From Chitinophaga pinensis (GTDB lineage: Bacteria > Bacteroidota > Bacteroidia > UKL13-3): a stretch of 64,000 nt of DNA. Under the pieces are notes generated by a model. It ran no database searches, was not told the origin of the DNA, and saw nothing but the letters and a program-made list of their open reading frames with translations. Position numbers and translations under genes: made by a program. Below, in pieces: positions 29,184-40,500 of this stretch. How positions within the stretch are numbered: position 1 is the first letter of the stretch; every line of letters begins with the position of its first letter. The stretch lies in NCBI GenBank assembly GCA_945898275.1, contig CAMDHZ010000002.1, positions 5,007-69,006 on the forward strand. The letters are read 5' to 3'.

Positions 29184-30647
29184 ATGAATAAAATTATAAT
29201 AATTTTAGTTACGGGACTTTTATTTTCCCTAAAAGTAAATGGCCAGTTCTTGGGTGGATTGCAAAGTAGCAACCAGGCTGGTGTTTTGGGCGTAACAGTA
29301 AACCCTTCACACACAAATTTCCTAAGCGGTGGAACCGATTTCTTGGCTTTTGGACTATCTAATTCAATTCTAAATAATGGGTTTTATTTGGATGCAAAAC
29401 TAATCACCGGATATGTAAATAAAAGCATCATTTCGTCGATAACAGGAAAATCAACAGATGGAGAGTCAATTAATGAAAAATTTGACAAAGCATATAATAT
29501 AAGGAGAAGCCTTAAAGACAAAAACTACATTTTTGCTGATGTAACCATTTACGGGCCTTCTTTTTTAATGAATTTTTCTAAACATTCTTTTGGAATCGTA
29601 ACTGCATTAAAAACTAATTCTAACACAATTAACATGCCCAAAGAAATGTCAATTTTCTTGTTAAAGGGCGCAGAGACAGTTGATTTAATTGGCAAAGAAA
29701 CAAGATTAAATAATGTTAGATCTAACACTATGGTCTACACGGATATTGCTTTAAACTACTCCTATAATTTTCGCGAAAACTTTAAATATAGCCATAGAGT
29801 TGGTGTTAGTTTGCACTATTTAAACGGAATAAACTCCATAATCTTTCAAGATAATAATAATTCGAAATGGTCCTTTATAGGTGATTCATCCATTAATTTT
29901 GAAAACTCGGGCTTTAATTTTAATTATGCCGCTGCAAAAGCCACAACTATTGGGGAACTTTTGGCTAGCCGTGGAAGCGGTTTTGCATTTGATATTGGAT
30001 ATTCAGTAACCAAAAAGAAAAAAGGAAGACCTACTCGGAAAACTATTTGTCCAAATATTAGAAACTTAGGTAAAATTAGGGAGTTTCAAGAATTCAAGTG
30101 GAGATTTGGCGTTTCTTTAATGGATATTGGATTTATTAGATTTACAGAGCAAACCTCTTCAAATACATATGAAAACGCAAATGGGGTTACAAAAAACTTA
30201 GATCAATCATTTTATGCAGGTGTATTTGCACTAGAAAGGCAATTGTTTTTCAACTTTGCAGGTAATCCAAATACCAATTATGTTGTAGACAATAAATATA
30301 CTCAGTATACAGCAAGTAGGGTAAATGTCCAATTTGATTATGCCCTTAAGCGTAATTGGTTTATCAACTTTAATGGGACACATCGCTTGCCTATTCCAGG
30401 CGATTTTGGAATGCGTGCAACCAATATTATGAGTATCACAGCAAGACGTGAAAGAGAAAAAAGTGGTATTTTCATACCACTTAATATTGTAGAATATCAA
30501 ATTCCTTCGTTAGGCTTTGGCTTCAAAGTAGGGCCATTTTTTATGGGAACAAATCATTTCTTGGAACTAATTGGACTCAGGGATATCAAAGGCGTAGATT
30601 TATATTTTGGCTTAAAATTTAATCTATCAAACTTTAGAGGCGCTTAA
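29184..30647 (+). CDS. DUF5723-like outer membrane beta-barrel protein
   Basis: Signal peptide, NP motif, G.GFAFDIG and FGVSL.DIG.I motifs; amphipathic strands. Confidence 0.7.
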   Translation: MNKIIIILVTGLLFSLKVNGQFLGGLQSSNQAGVLGVTVNPSHTNFLSGGTDFLAFGLSNSILNNGFYLDAKLITGYVNKSIISSITGKSTDGESINEKFDKAYNIRRSLKDKNYIFADVTIYGPSFLMNFSKHSFGIVTALKTNSNTINMPKEMSIFLLKGAETVDLIGKETRLNNVRSNTMVYTDIALNYSYNFRENFKYSHRVGVSLHYLNGINSIIFQDNNNSKWSFIGDSSINFENSGFNFNYAAAKATTIGELLASRGSGFAFDIGYSVTKKKKGRPTRKTICPNIRNLGKIREFQEFKWRFGVSLMDIGFIRFTEQTSSNTYENANGVTKNLDQSFYAGVFALERQLFFNFAGNPNTNYVVDNKYTQYTASRVNVQFDYALKRNWFINFNGTHRLPIPGDFGMRATNIMSITARREREKSGIFIPLNIVEYQIPSLGFGFKVGPFFMGTNHFLELIGLRDIKGVDLYFGLKFNLSNFRGA

Positions 30648-30651
30648 TACC

Positions 30652-31230
30652 CTATTTAATCAAATTGGTTATTTCAGTGCTATTTGGGTCAACTGATGAT
30701 CCAAAGTATTTTGACCAATTACCATTTGGGCCAACCAAAATCTTATTAAAGTTCCATTTAATAGTAGCATCACTAATACTATTGAGTTCCTTTCTTGTTA
30801 ACCATTGGTAAATTTCATGCTGGTTACTTCCTTTAACATCAATCTTTTCTGTTAATGGAAAAGTAACACCATAATTCTTTTTACAAAAACTCTCTATATC
30901 GCTTGCATTGCCAGGTTCCTGACCCATAAATTGGTTACATGGAAATCCGATAATTACCAACTTTTCGCCAAATTGCTTAGACAACTTTTGCAAGCCTGCA
31001 TATTGTGGCGTATATCCGCACTCACTTGCAACGTTTACACATAAAACATATTTACCTTTAAAATCAGACATTTTAATCATAGATTTTCCATCCAACGATT
31101 TAATTTTCAGATCATAAAAGTTCTTTGTAGCACTAGCATTTGCCACCTTTTTACTTCTTGAAGCAGTAAAGCTATAAACTAAAACACCTGCAAAAGCCAA
31201 GAACAAAACAGAAAAAAAATACTTCTTCAT
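30652..31230 (-). CDS. Glutathione peroxidase (Cys-type)
   Basis: VNVASECGYT, GFPCNQF..QEPG and KWNFNK motifs; N-terminal signal. Confidence 0.95.
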   Translation of the reverse strand: MKKYFFSVLFLAFAGVLVYSFTASRSKKVANASATKNFYDLKIKSLDGKSMIKMSDFKGKYVLCVNVASECGYTPQYAGLQKLSKQFGEKLVIIGFPCNQFMGQEPGNASDIESFCKKNYGVTFPLTEKIDVKGSNQHEIYQWLTRKELNSISDATIKWNFNKILVGPNGNWSKYFGSSVDPNSTEITNLIK

Positions 31231-31234
31231 ATAC

Positions 31235-32077
31235 TTAAAAATTTAAAATTACATCTTTTACTTCATCCATCTGCCATTGTGGTGTGCTCGTTGCACCACA
31301 AATGCCAACTTTATCATCTTCAGTAAACCATTCTTTCTTAATTTCATTTTTGCTAGTTACAAAATAAGTATTTGGGTTATTGTCTTTACAAACATCATAA
31401 AGCACTTTGCCATTTGAAGATTTTAATCCAGAAACAAATACAACCTTATCAAACCTTTTTGCAAAATCTCTTAATTGAATATCCCTATTGCTTACCTGTC
31501 TGCATAGCGTATCGTTAAAATCTACTTGAATACCTTTGCTCTCCAGATTCTCCTTTAAGGCATACAAATTTTTAGTGCGTTTGGTGGTTTGGCTAAAAAG
31601 CTGGATTCTTTCTGGAAGTTCTATATTGTTTAATTCATCAAAATGCTCTACAACAATCGCCTCATTTTGGGTCTGCCCTAACAAACCCTTTACCTCTGCA
31701 TGTCCATGCTTTCCATAAATAAGAATTTTCTCATTTTTATTATGTGCTTCTCTAACACGATGTTGCAGTTTTAAAACAACTGGACAAGATGCATCTACCA
31801 GTTCGATATTATTTTCTAAAGCAAGTTGATAGGTTTCTGGGGGTTCTCCATGAGCTCTAATGAGCACCTTTGTATTTGTAAGTTTTTTAAAAACCTCATG
31901 ATCAATAATTTCTAATCCCTTTTTTCTAAGCCGAGCCACTTCTTCATCATTATGAACAATATCACCTAAACAAAATAAGTGCCCTTCTTCATCCAAAATA
32001 TCTTCCGCCATCTGAATGGCAAATACAACTCCAAAGCAGAAGCCAGAATTCTCGTCAATTTCTACGGATAATTTCAT
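31235..32077 (-). CDS. ispH: 4-hydroxy-3-methylbut-2-enyl diphosphate reductase
   Basis: GFCFGV, IVHN, RAHG, DASCP.V, SQTT, SSNG and GATSTP motifs. Confidence 0.97.
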   Translation of the reverse strand: MKLSVEIDENSGFCFGVVFAIQMAEDILDEEGHLFCLGDIVHNDEEVARLRKKGLEIIDHEVFKKLTNTKVLIRAHGEPPETYQLALENNIELVDASCPVVLKLQHRVREAHNKNEKILIYGKHGHAEVKGLLGQTQNEAIVVEHFDELNNIELPERIQLFSQTTKRTKNLYALKENLESKGIQVDFNDTLCRQVSNRDIQLRDFAKRFDKVVFVSGLKSSNGKVLYDVCKDNNPNTYFVTSKNEIKKEWFTEDDKVGICGATSTPQWQMDEVKDVILNF

Positions 32078-32160
32078 AAAACGATTGTATTGATTTTAAA
32101 CACCTCACAAAGGTAAATGTTTAAAATTGTCAAACATTATAAATAGCAGGTAAAGAATTC

Positions 32161-32170
32161 GGTTTGAACC
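32161..32170 (-). repeat. Dispersed GGTTCAAACC motif (intergenic copy)
   Basis: GGTTTGAACC on the plus strand; the 14-mer TCGGTTTGAACCAA recurs as its reverse complement at 59506-59519. Confidence 0.6.
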
Positions 32171-32214
32171 AAATTTTAAAGCTATAAAAACTAAGAAAGC
32201 AATAATGAGTTATT

Positions 32215-32661
32215 ATGATTATGAATGAAATAGAAAATCAGGTAAATGAAGATGGCAGCTATATTGGACCAGCAAACTTATCACCTATCCCTTTAAGTGT
32301 TGGCTCACCTGTTATAAGAGTTGAGGATAAAAACAAAATAAAAGCAAATGCCGTAGAAGCAATGCATCATTATGCTAATCAAGAAATTGCATTATTAAAA
32401 AGACAAGCAGATTTGATAATGGAACAGGTGCGTGAAATTGAAAATCGCTTGAAGGTTTCTGAAAACATTTATGAATCTGATTTTAGATTTCAGCCAATTG
32501 TAGGGCAACTCTATCATCTTTATGAGAAAGACGACCATTATAAACTTTCCCTTATAGGTCCAGAAGAATGGGGAAGAAGTAAATCCATGGGCAAACATAT
32601 TGCTTCTGTTAAGTTGCTAGGAGACCACAGTTGGGAAGTCCAACAATCTAAACACCGATAA
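32215..32661 (+). CDS. DUF2452 domain protein
   Basis: F.P.VGQ.YHLY...LSLIGP.EW and V.LL.D.SW motifs. Confidence 0.85.
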   Translation: MIMNEIENQVNEDGSYIGPANLSPIPLSVGSPVIRVEDKNKIKANAVEAMHHYANQEIALLKRQADLIMEQVREIENRLKVSENIYESDFRFQPIVGQLYHLYEKDDHYKLSLIGPEEWGRSKSMGKHIASVKLLGDHSWEVQQSKHR

Positions 32662-32690
32662 GGATATTTTTGCGTTTCAGGTAATTTAAC

Positions 32691-32698
32691 TAACTTTG
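32691..32698 (+). promoter_or_regulatory. Bacteroidota -7 promoter element for the panD operon
   Basis: TAACTTTG (TAnnTTTG), 16 nt before the ATG. Confidence 0.55.
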
Positions 32699-32714
32699 GC
32701 GCGCAATATTACTT

Positions 32715-33065
32715 ATGCAGATTCAATTACTAAAATCAAAAATTCATAGGGCAAAAATTACCCAAACTGAATTACATTATGTTGGAAGTATCACCATTGA
32801 TGAAGATTTAATGGAGGCAGCCAACATGATTGAAAACGAAAAAGTTCATGTGGTTAATATTAATAATGGGGAGCGTTTTGAAACCTACATTATTAAAGGA
32901 GAAAGAGGTTCTGGAATGATTTGCCTTAATGGACCAGCAGCAAGAAAAGCTGCCGTTGGTGATTATGTTATTGTTATTTCTTATTGTTTAATGAATTTTG
33001 AAGAAGCAAAGGAATATAAGCCAATTGCCATTTATCCTGACCCCAATAATAAACTGTCACATTGA
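32715..33065 (+). CDS. panD: Aspartate 1-decarboxylase
   Basis: [23 protein letters not shown] and LNGPAAR motifs. Confidence 0.97.
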   Translation: MQIQLLKSKIHRAKITQTELHYVGSITIDEDLMEAANMIENEKVHVVNINNGERFETYIIKGERGSGMICLNGPAARKAAVGDYVIVISYCLMNFEEAKEYKPIAIYPDPNNKLSH

Positions 33066-34087
33066 GCAATCAAACAAAAAAAATAGTTCAATTATTACTT
33101 GTAATTTTAATTGGTAGTTTTTTCATTTACTATTCTTTTAAAGGTACTGATTGGTCAGATTTGTTTACTAAAATAAGTGAAGCAAAAATAGGCTGGCTAA
33201 TTCTAGGTATGGCAATTTCCCTCACAAGTCATTGGCTAAGAGCATATAGGGCAACTTTGTTATATGATGCAATGAACTATAAAGTTGGCACAAAAAACAG
33301 TTTATATGCAGTACTTATTGGGTATATGATGAATTACTTTATTCCTCGCGCAGGCGAACTAAGTAGGTGTGCCTCTTTGAGTAAAACCGATAACTTACCA
33401 GTGGAAAAAAGCTTGGGTTCAGTTGTTACGGAGCGCATAGTTGATATGGTGTTACTTATAATCATCTTAGGAGGTATCTTTTTGCTTCAATTTGACATGA
33501 TTGTTGGATTTATAGAATCCGCATCCTCAAATACTAATACAACTGCAAGCAAATCTTCTTTTCCATGGAAAATTGTTATATTAACTGCACTAATTATACT
33601 TTCGTTTGTGCTATATTTTTTAAAAGATAAGCTTTTAAAATTGCCTTTATTCATTAGAATATTTAAACTTCTTCAAGGTTTTTCTGATGGTTTACTAAGC
33701 ATACGTCATTTAAAAAATCCAGGACTTTTCATAATATTATCGGTGCTTATTTGGGTAGGATATATTTTAATGATGTATTTCTGCTTATTCTCTTTGGAAT
33801 CTACTTCGAATTTAACGTTTTCTGATTGTTTAACTGTTTTTACAATAGGAACAATTGGAGTGGTTCTACCAGCTCCAGGCGCTGGCGCTGGCACTTATCA
33901 CTTTTTTGTGATGCAAAGTTTGATGCTTTTTGGGGTTGCTAAAGAAGACGGTCTTGCGTATGCAACTTTGGTGCATGGTCTTCAAATGATAGTATTGATA
34001 TTTTTAGGTTTGGCAGCATCTGGAATAATATATTTGGGTCAGAAAAAAAATGAACAAATTAAACCAAACATTAGCCAAGATATTTGA
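33062..34087 (+). CDS. Lysylphosphatidylglycerol synthase TM-domain (flippase-like) protein
   Basis: RA.R, N..IPRAGE..R, ER..D and P.PG.G.G.YH motifs; multi-TM. Confidence 0.88.
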   Translation: MSNQTKKIVQLLLVILIGSFFIYYSFKGTDWSDLFTKISEAKIGWLILGMAISLTSHWLRAYRATLLYDAMNYKVGTKNSLYAVLIGYMMNYFIPRAGELSRCASLSKTDNLPVEKSLGSVVTERIVDMVLLIIILGGIFLLQFDMIVGFIESASSNTNTTASKSSFPWKIVILTALIILSFVLYFLKDKLLKLPLFIRIFKLLQGFSDGLLSIRHLKNPGLFIILSVLIWVGYILMMYFCLFSLESTSNLTFSDCLTVFTIGTIGVVLPAPGAGAGTYHFFVMQSLMLFGVAKEDGLAYATLVHGLQMIVLIFLGLAASGIIYLGQKKNEQIKPNISQDI

Positions 34088-34541
34088 TGCGTCAAGTCTC
34101 TCAAAAGCTCTATCAAACTGGAGACAAGAAGGAAAAAAAATAGTATTTACTAATGGCTGTTTCGACATTCTTCACCGTGGTCATGTAGACTATTTAGCAA
34201 AAGCTGCAGATTTAGGTGACATTTTAATAGTAGGGTTAAATACAGATATATCAGTGAGTAAATTAAAAGGTTCTCATCGTCCAATCCAAGATGAACAATC
34301 CCGTTTGCAGATAATGGCTTCTTTAGGATTTGTTGATGGTGTAATACTATTTTCTGAACCAACCCCTTTGGAGCTTATCAGATTGGTTCAACCCGATGTA
34401 TTAGTTAAAGGAAGTGACTATCAAATAGAAAATATTGTAGGGTATGATATAGTAATGTCAAAAGGTGGAAAAATCCAAACTATTGACTTTCTAGATGGTT
34501 TCTCTACTAGTGCAATAGAAAAGAAAATCATGAGCAATTAG
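34050..34541 (+). CDS. rfaE2: D-glycero-beta-D-manno-heptose 1-phosphate adenylyltransferase (stand-alone RfaE domain II)
   Basis: FTNGCFDILHRGH, GLN.D.SV..LKG..RP, PD.LVKG.DY and G.STS motifs. Confidence 0.9.
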   Translation: MNKLNQTLAKIFDASSLSKALSNWRQEGKKIVFTNGCFDILHRGHVDYLAKAADLGDILIVGLNTDISVSKLKGSHRPIQDEQSRLQIMASLGFVDGVILFSEPTPLELIRLVQPDVLVKGSDYQIENIVGYDIVMSKGGKIQTIDFLDGFSTSAIEKKIMSN

Positions 34542-34596
34542 GCATTAATTAGAAAATTACAAGGCAAATATTATATTCGTTTCAAATTACAGATAT

Positions 34597-35736
34597 ATGA
34601 ATTTTGATTATACTGAAGAGCATTTAAATGTGCAGCAAGCAGCAAGAGATTTTGCTCAAACTGAACTACTTCCTGGTGTTATTGAGCGAGATAATGACCA
34701 AGAATTCCCATATGAACAAATAAAAAAGTTAGGGGAACTTGGCTTTTTAGGAATGATGGTCGATCCAAAATATGGTGGCTCTGGTATGGATACAATTTCA
34801 TATGTTTTAGCCATGGAAGAATTATCAAAAGTGGACGCATCTGCCTCAGTGGTTGTTTCTGTAAACAATTCACTTGTTTGTTGGGGACTTGAAACTTATG
34901 GTACTGAGGAGCAAAAACAAAAATATTTAGTTCCAATGGCAAGCGGAAAAGTGCATGGGGCATTTTTGCTTTCAGAACCTGAAGCTGGTTCAGATGCAAC
35001 TTCACAACGCACTACCGCCTTTGATAATGGAGACCATTATTTATTAAACGGAACCAAGAACTGGATCACTAATGGCAACTCTGGTACCTATTATTTAGTA
35101 ATTGCCCAAACAGATATTGAAAAAGGACACAAGGGGATTAATGCTTTCATCGTAGAAAAAAGCTGGCCAGGGGTTGTAGTTGGTAAAAAAGAAGACAAAA
35201 TGGGGATTCGCGGAAGTGATACACACAGTATCATGTTTCAAGATGTAAAAGTTCCAAAGGAAAATAGAATTGGTGAGGATGGTTTTGGATTTAAGTTTGC
35301 AATGAAGGTTCTAGCAGGTGGTCGCATTGGCATTGCTGCACAAGCTCTAGGGATTGCAAGCGGCGCATATGAATTATCACTTAAGTATTCTAAAGAAAGA
35401 AAAGCATTTGGTAAGGAAATTATGCATCACCAAGCAATTCAATTCAAGTTGGCAGACATGGCAACCCAAATTGAAGCCGCAAGACTTTTAGTAACCAAAG
35501 CAGCAGCAATGAAAGATGCAGGCTTGGATTATGGTCTTATGAGTTCTATGGCAAAAGTATTTGCATCGGAAACAGCAATGTGGGTAACTACAGAAGCAGT
35601 CCAAGTACATGGCGGATATGGATATGTTAAAGAATATCATGTTGAGCGTTTGATGCGCGATGCTAAAATCACCCAAATCTATGAAGGTACTAGTGAGGTA
35701 AATAGGATTGTTATTTCAAGAGAATTATTGAGATAA
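34597..35736 (+). CDS. Acyl-CoA dehydrogenase (short/branched-chain type)
   Basis: LSEPEAGSDA, NGTKNWITNG, GRIGIAAQA, QVHGGYGY and IYEGTSE motifs. Confidence 0.95.
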   Translation: MNFDYTEEHLNVQQAARDFAQTELLPGVIERDNDQEFPYEQIKKLGELGFLGMMVDPKYGGSGMDTISYVLAMEELSKVDASASVVVSVNNSLVCWGLETYGTEEQKQKYLVPMASGKVHGAFLLSEPEAGSDATSQRTTAFDNGDHYLLNGTKNWITNGNSGTYYLVIAQTDIEKGHKGINAFIVEKSWPGVVVGKKEDKMGIRGSDTHSIMFQDVKVPKENRIGEDGFGFKFAMKVLAGGRIGIAAQALGIASGAYELSLKYSKERKAFGKEIMHHQAIQFKLADMATQIEAARLLVTKAAAMKDAGLDYGLMSSMAKVFASETAMWVTTEAVQVHGGYGYVKEYHVERLMRDAKITQIYEGTSEVNRIVISRELLR

Positions 35737-36342
35737 CAAATGTGAAATATCGTTTTCCTTAAGTAGTTTAAATTGACCTTCTTCAAAAGATAATAGATAA
35801 AGACATAAGTTACTGTGAGGAAAAACTTCCATCTCAGATAAAGGCCTGCTAAGCAATGTGCATAGCAGGCTTTTCATTGCTCGACCATGCATACAAACTA
35901 AAACACAATCATATTCAGTTTCTTTTAACAAAGTTACAATAGGATGTTGCCTAGTTTGCATTTCAAGGGCACTTTCGCCATTTTGAAGCTTTGCATGATA
36001 ATTTCCATTATTCCAGTTATTAACTACTTCCCAATAATGCCTCCGCTCTTCTTCAGATTGCTGTTTGCCTTCATAAACTCCCCAACTAATCTCATTAAGT
36101 TCTTTATGAGGTGTATAGGAAAATCCAGCTTCAATAAAAGGCATTACACTTTGTTTAGTTCTTACTAGTTTAGAGATGTAAATATGTTTGAACCCAACAT
36201 CTTTATATAGTTTATAAAAGGCCCTTGCTTGTTCTTCGCCTCTAGCATTAAGTTCCATATCTACGCCACTACCTTGAACAATTCCTAATTTATTAAAATC
36301 AGTTTCGCCATGTCTAATAATGTAAATTAACTTTTTCTTCAT
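35725..36342 (-). CDS. Histidine phosphatase family protein
   Basis: RHGET, E..WG..EG and HG motifs. Confidence 0.9.
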   Translation of the reverse strand: MKKKLIYIIRHGETDFNKLGIVQGSGVDMELNARGEEQARAFYKLYKDVGFKHIYISKLVRTKQSVMPFIEAGFSYTPHKELNEISWGVYEGKQQSEEERRHYWEVVNNWNNGNYHAKLQNGESALEMQTRQHPIVTLLKETEYDCVLVCMHGRAMKSLLCTLLSRPLSEMEVFPHSNLCLYLLSFEEGQFKLLKENDISHLLSQ

Positions 36343-36420
36343 TTGATTGGTAATATCTATAATTTAATTGACAAATATCAAAGTAAAAACTATATTGCCT
36401 AAACACAAATAACCAAACCA

Positions 36421-37554
36421 ATGAATTCGGAACAAATTAAATTCACCCAAAACCAAGGTTGGAATGCCAATCTCAGCAATTTAGAAATTAAACCAAATTT
36501 AATTTTTGCTTTTGGTTCAACACAATTAATTAAAGAAGGTAAAGGCTTAAAGGAGCTTTATTCAAAATTTCCTGAAGCAATTTTTATTGGAGGAACTTCC
36601 TCAGGCGAAATTTTAGATACAAATGTCTTCGATGATACTATTATTGCCACACTGGTTAGTTTTGACAAAACTACCTTAAAATATGTATCAGAAGCTGTTG
36701 CAAAAAGTGATGAAAGCTATGAAGCAGGAAAAAAACTAATTGAACAGCTTCCTAAAGAAAACCTCAAACATGTCTTTGTAATGAGTGAGGGTTTAAACAT
36801 AAATGGCTCTGAACTTGTAAGAGGTCTAAGAGATATTTTACCAAGTAATGTAAGTGCAACTGGCGGTTTGGCTGGTGATGGAGCCAATTTTAATGAAACA
36901 TATATTTTAAGTCATTCTGGTGAACCAAAAAATAAAATGGTTTCAGCGATTGGATTTTATAGTTCTGTTTTAAAGGTATCATATGGAAGTTTAGGGGGCT
37001 GGGATAGTTTTGGAGTAGAAAGATTGGTTACCAAATCAAAAAACAATGTATTGTTTGAATTAGATGGAAAGCCAGCACTTGAATTATATAAATCATTCCT
37101 TGGCGAACATGCTAAAGATTTACCTGCATCTGGCTTATTGTTCCCTTTAAATTTAAGAACTGAAAAAGATAGCGAACCTGTTGTTCGAACCATATTAGCA
37201 GTAGATGAAACAAATCAATCTTTAACTTTCGCAGGAGACATACCAGAAGGCAGTTATGTTAGGTTAATGAAGGCAAATTTTGACAGACTAATTGAGGGAG
37301 CTACTGGTGCGGCTAAGGGCACCATTAAAGATAAACAAGAAAATCCAGAATTAGCCATTTTAATTAGTTGTGTGGGCAGAAAATTGGTTCTAAAACAAAT
37401 GGTTGAAGAGGAAGTAGAGGGCGTAAGAGAAGTATTAGGAAATACAACCACCCTTTGCGGATTTTACTCTTATGGTGAAATCTCTCCTTTTTCTAATGAG
37501 GCCAAGTGTGAATTACACAATCAAACGATGACAATAACTACTTTCGCAGAATAA
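36421..37554 (+). CDS. FIST (NosP-like) sensory protein
   Basis: G.TSSGEI, GGLAGDG, SCVGR, GFYSYGEI and LHNQTMT motifs. Confidence 0.93.
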   Translation: MNSEQIKFTQNQGWNANLSNLEIKPNLIFAFGSTQLIKEGKGLKELYSKFPEAIFIGGTSSGEILDTNVFDDTIIATLVSFDKTTLKYVSEAVAKSDESYEAGKKLIEQLPKENLKHVFVMSEGLNINGSELVRGLRDILPSNVSATGGLAGDGANFNETYILSHSGEPKNKMVSAIGFYSSVLKVSYGSLGGWDSFGVERLVTKSKNNVLFELDGKPALELYKSFLGEHAKDLPASGLLFPLNLRTEKDSEPVVRTILAVDETNQSLTFAGDIPEGSYVRLMKANFDRLIEGATGAAKGTIKDKQENPELAILISCVGRKLVLKQMVEEEVEGVREVLGNTTTLCGFYSYGEISPFSNEAKCELHNQTMTITTFAE

Positions 37555-37590
37555 TTCTAACACAAATCCTCTTCCAAAACACGGAATCAC

Positions 37591-40500
37591 ATGCATCGTT
37601 TGCTTAAACGCCAATTAAAAAAACTGTTTGGAGAAGAATCTCCTATAGAAAATAATCTTAAACAATTAATTGACCTTGTTGATGAAAGTTATAATCACTT
37701 TCAATCTGATTACAATAAATTAGAGAGGATACTTGAACTAAGTTCCAAGGAATCTTTTAAGGAATTAAGCAATTTTAAAAATGCAATAGATACTGCTGCA
37801 TTAGTGTCGCTAACAGATGCAAAAGGAGAAATCCTAATGGCAAATGAAAACTTCTGCAAACTTTCTGGTTACTCTCTGGGTGAATTAATTGGGAAAAATC
37901 ACAGTATAGTAAACAGTGGTGTTCATGATAAGGAGTTTTGGAAAGGAATGTGGCAAACTGCAGGAAGTGGTAAAATTTGGCAATCTGAAGTTTGTAATAG
38001 AAAAAAAAACAAGGAGTTATATTGGGTCGATTCAACAATAATCCCATTTTTAAATGATGCTGGCAAACCCTATCAATATTTGTCAATCAGGTTTGATATT
38101 TCTCAAAGAAAAAAGATTGAGGAGGAAATAAAAACCCTTGCATTAGTTGCACAAAAAACACAGAATGCTGTAATAATTTCTGACCCAAATGGTATAGCTA
38201 CTTGGACAAACGAAGGGTTCGAAAGAATTACAGGGTATAGTGTAAAAGAGGTGCTTGGTAAAAAACCAGGATGGCTTCTTCAGGGTCCTGAAACAGATTT
38301 AAATACCAAGGCAGAAATTGCAGCTGCATTGAAGGATATAAAACCCTATAATGGAGAAATTTTAAACTACTCAAAGTCAGGTGAATGCTATTGGATTTCC
38401 CTAAGTATTACACCTGTAAAGGAGGGCGATAAACATATTGGGTTCATTGCAATTGAATCTGATATTACTGAAAGAAAAGCAGTTGAAAAAAGAATTAAAG
38501 AGAATGAGGAAAAGTTTAGGCTTTTAATTGAATCAGCAACTGACATCTTTTATTACACCGATGGAGATGGGAACTTTACCTATGTAAATGATATAGCAAC
38601 AAAAATCACAGGTTTTAGTACTGAAGAATTGCTTAAAATGAATTATTTAGATTTGGTTGATCCAAAATCTAGACAAAAAGTACAAAGTTTTTATTTAAGG
38701 CAAGCGGTTGAATTAAAACAGGTTACTTATTTTGAATTTCCAATTTTAACCAAATTAGGTAAAACTGCATGGGTAGGTCAAAATGTTCAACTCATTAAAA
38801 CAAGTGATAATAGACTAGGTATTCAAGCCATTGCAAGAGATATAACAAGCCTTAAGGACGCACAACTTGAAATAGAAAATTCTCATAATTTTTTGAACCA
38901 AATTTTAGATTCTATTCCAAGCCCATTATTTGTAAAAGATCGCGAGCACAATTGGGTAATGGTTAACGATGCCTATGCAAGATTAACTGGAATTGAAAAA
39001 AATCAAATTATTGGTAAAAATGACTTGAGTTTTTTACCAAAAGAGGATGCAGAAGAATTTATCTCCCAAGATGAAGAACAATTTAATACTAAACTTGAAA
39101 AAATGAGGGAAGTCTCCTTCCAAAAGCAAGATGGAGACGAAAAGATACTTTTAGTAAAAAAGACTGTTTTTACCAACCAAGGAAAAGATTATCTCATAGG
39201 CGTTATAACAGACATAACAGATCTTAAAGAAAGAGAGAAACAAATTATTTTGTATAACAAAATGTCTGACCAAATTAGTGACGCCATTTCAGTTGCTGAT
39301 TATGATGGAAAACTAATCTATGTAAATGAAAGTCATACAAGAAATTTAGGCAAAACTAAAGCTGAAATGATTGGTAGTTCCATTATTGAAATGGAAAAAC
39401 TTTTCCCAGATATTGGCGCATGGCAACAACATTATAATGAGGTAAAATTAAAAGGCGAAATTCTTGTTGAAGGATTAAATATGCGCAAAGATGGTAGCAC
39501 ATTTCCAGTTGAGGCTAGTGTAAAATACATCAGAATTGAAGAGAAAGGCTACATTGTAGCAGCCATTCGTGATATTACAGAACGGAAAAGAAATGAAGAG
39601 GCTGTAAAACAAATGAAAGAATTTTATGAAACGGTATTAAATAAAATTCCATCTGAAGTGGTAGTTTTTGATAAGAATCATAGATACCTATTTGTGAATG
39701 AAACTGCAGTAAAAGATAAAGTAAAAAGAGAGTGGCTAGTAGGTCACGATGATTTTGAATATTGCAATCAGTTTAACAGGCCTCAAGAAATTGCAAAAGA
39801 AAGAAGGAAACTTTTCGAAAATGTAACCTCTAATAAACAACAGTTAGAATTTGAAGAAAAACTTTTTGATTCTAATGGAAAAGCTACTTATACATTAAGA
39901 AGATTCTATCCAATTTTAGATGACAAAAAAGAAGTGCTTCATATCATTGGATTTGGGATAGACATAACTTCTAGAATAGAAGCAGAAAAACAAACAAGAG
40001 AAAGTGAAGAACGTTTAAAACTTGCAACCCAAAGCGCAAATTTAGGAATTTGGGACTGGAACCTGAAGGAAAATACTTTAATTTGGGACGAATCAATGTA
40101 TCTTATTTTTGGCGTTGACCCAAAACAATTTTCAAACGATTATGAGGCATTCGCAAATACTTTACATCCAGAAGATGCAGAAAGAGTTAACTTAGAATTA
40201 CAAGCTTCATTGGATGAACATAAAGATTTTAGCAGTATCTTTAGGATCATTTCTGATAATAAAAAAATAAAATATGTAACTGCTTTCTCCAAAACATTTA
40301 GAAATGAACAAGATGAACCATTAAGAATGATTGGTGTATATTACGATGTTACAGAAAACACTTTAACTCAACAAAAACTATTAAAACAACAACAAGACCT
40401 CGAAGAGGCACAGCACATTGCAAGAGTAGGTGGGTGGGAAATAGATGTAAAAGAAAGGTCTATTTTATGGTCAAAAGAGATGTTTCACATTTGTGAATAT

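Noticed and set aside
30652..31230. Selenocysteine in the glutathione peroxidase
   Set aside because: The active-site codon is TGC (Cys) and there is no in-frame TGA.
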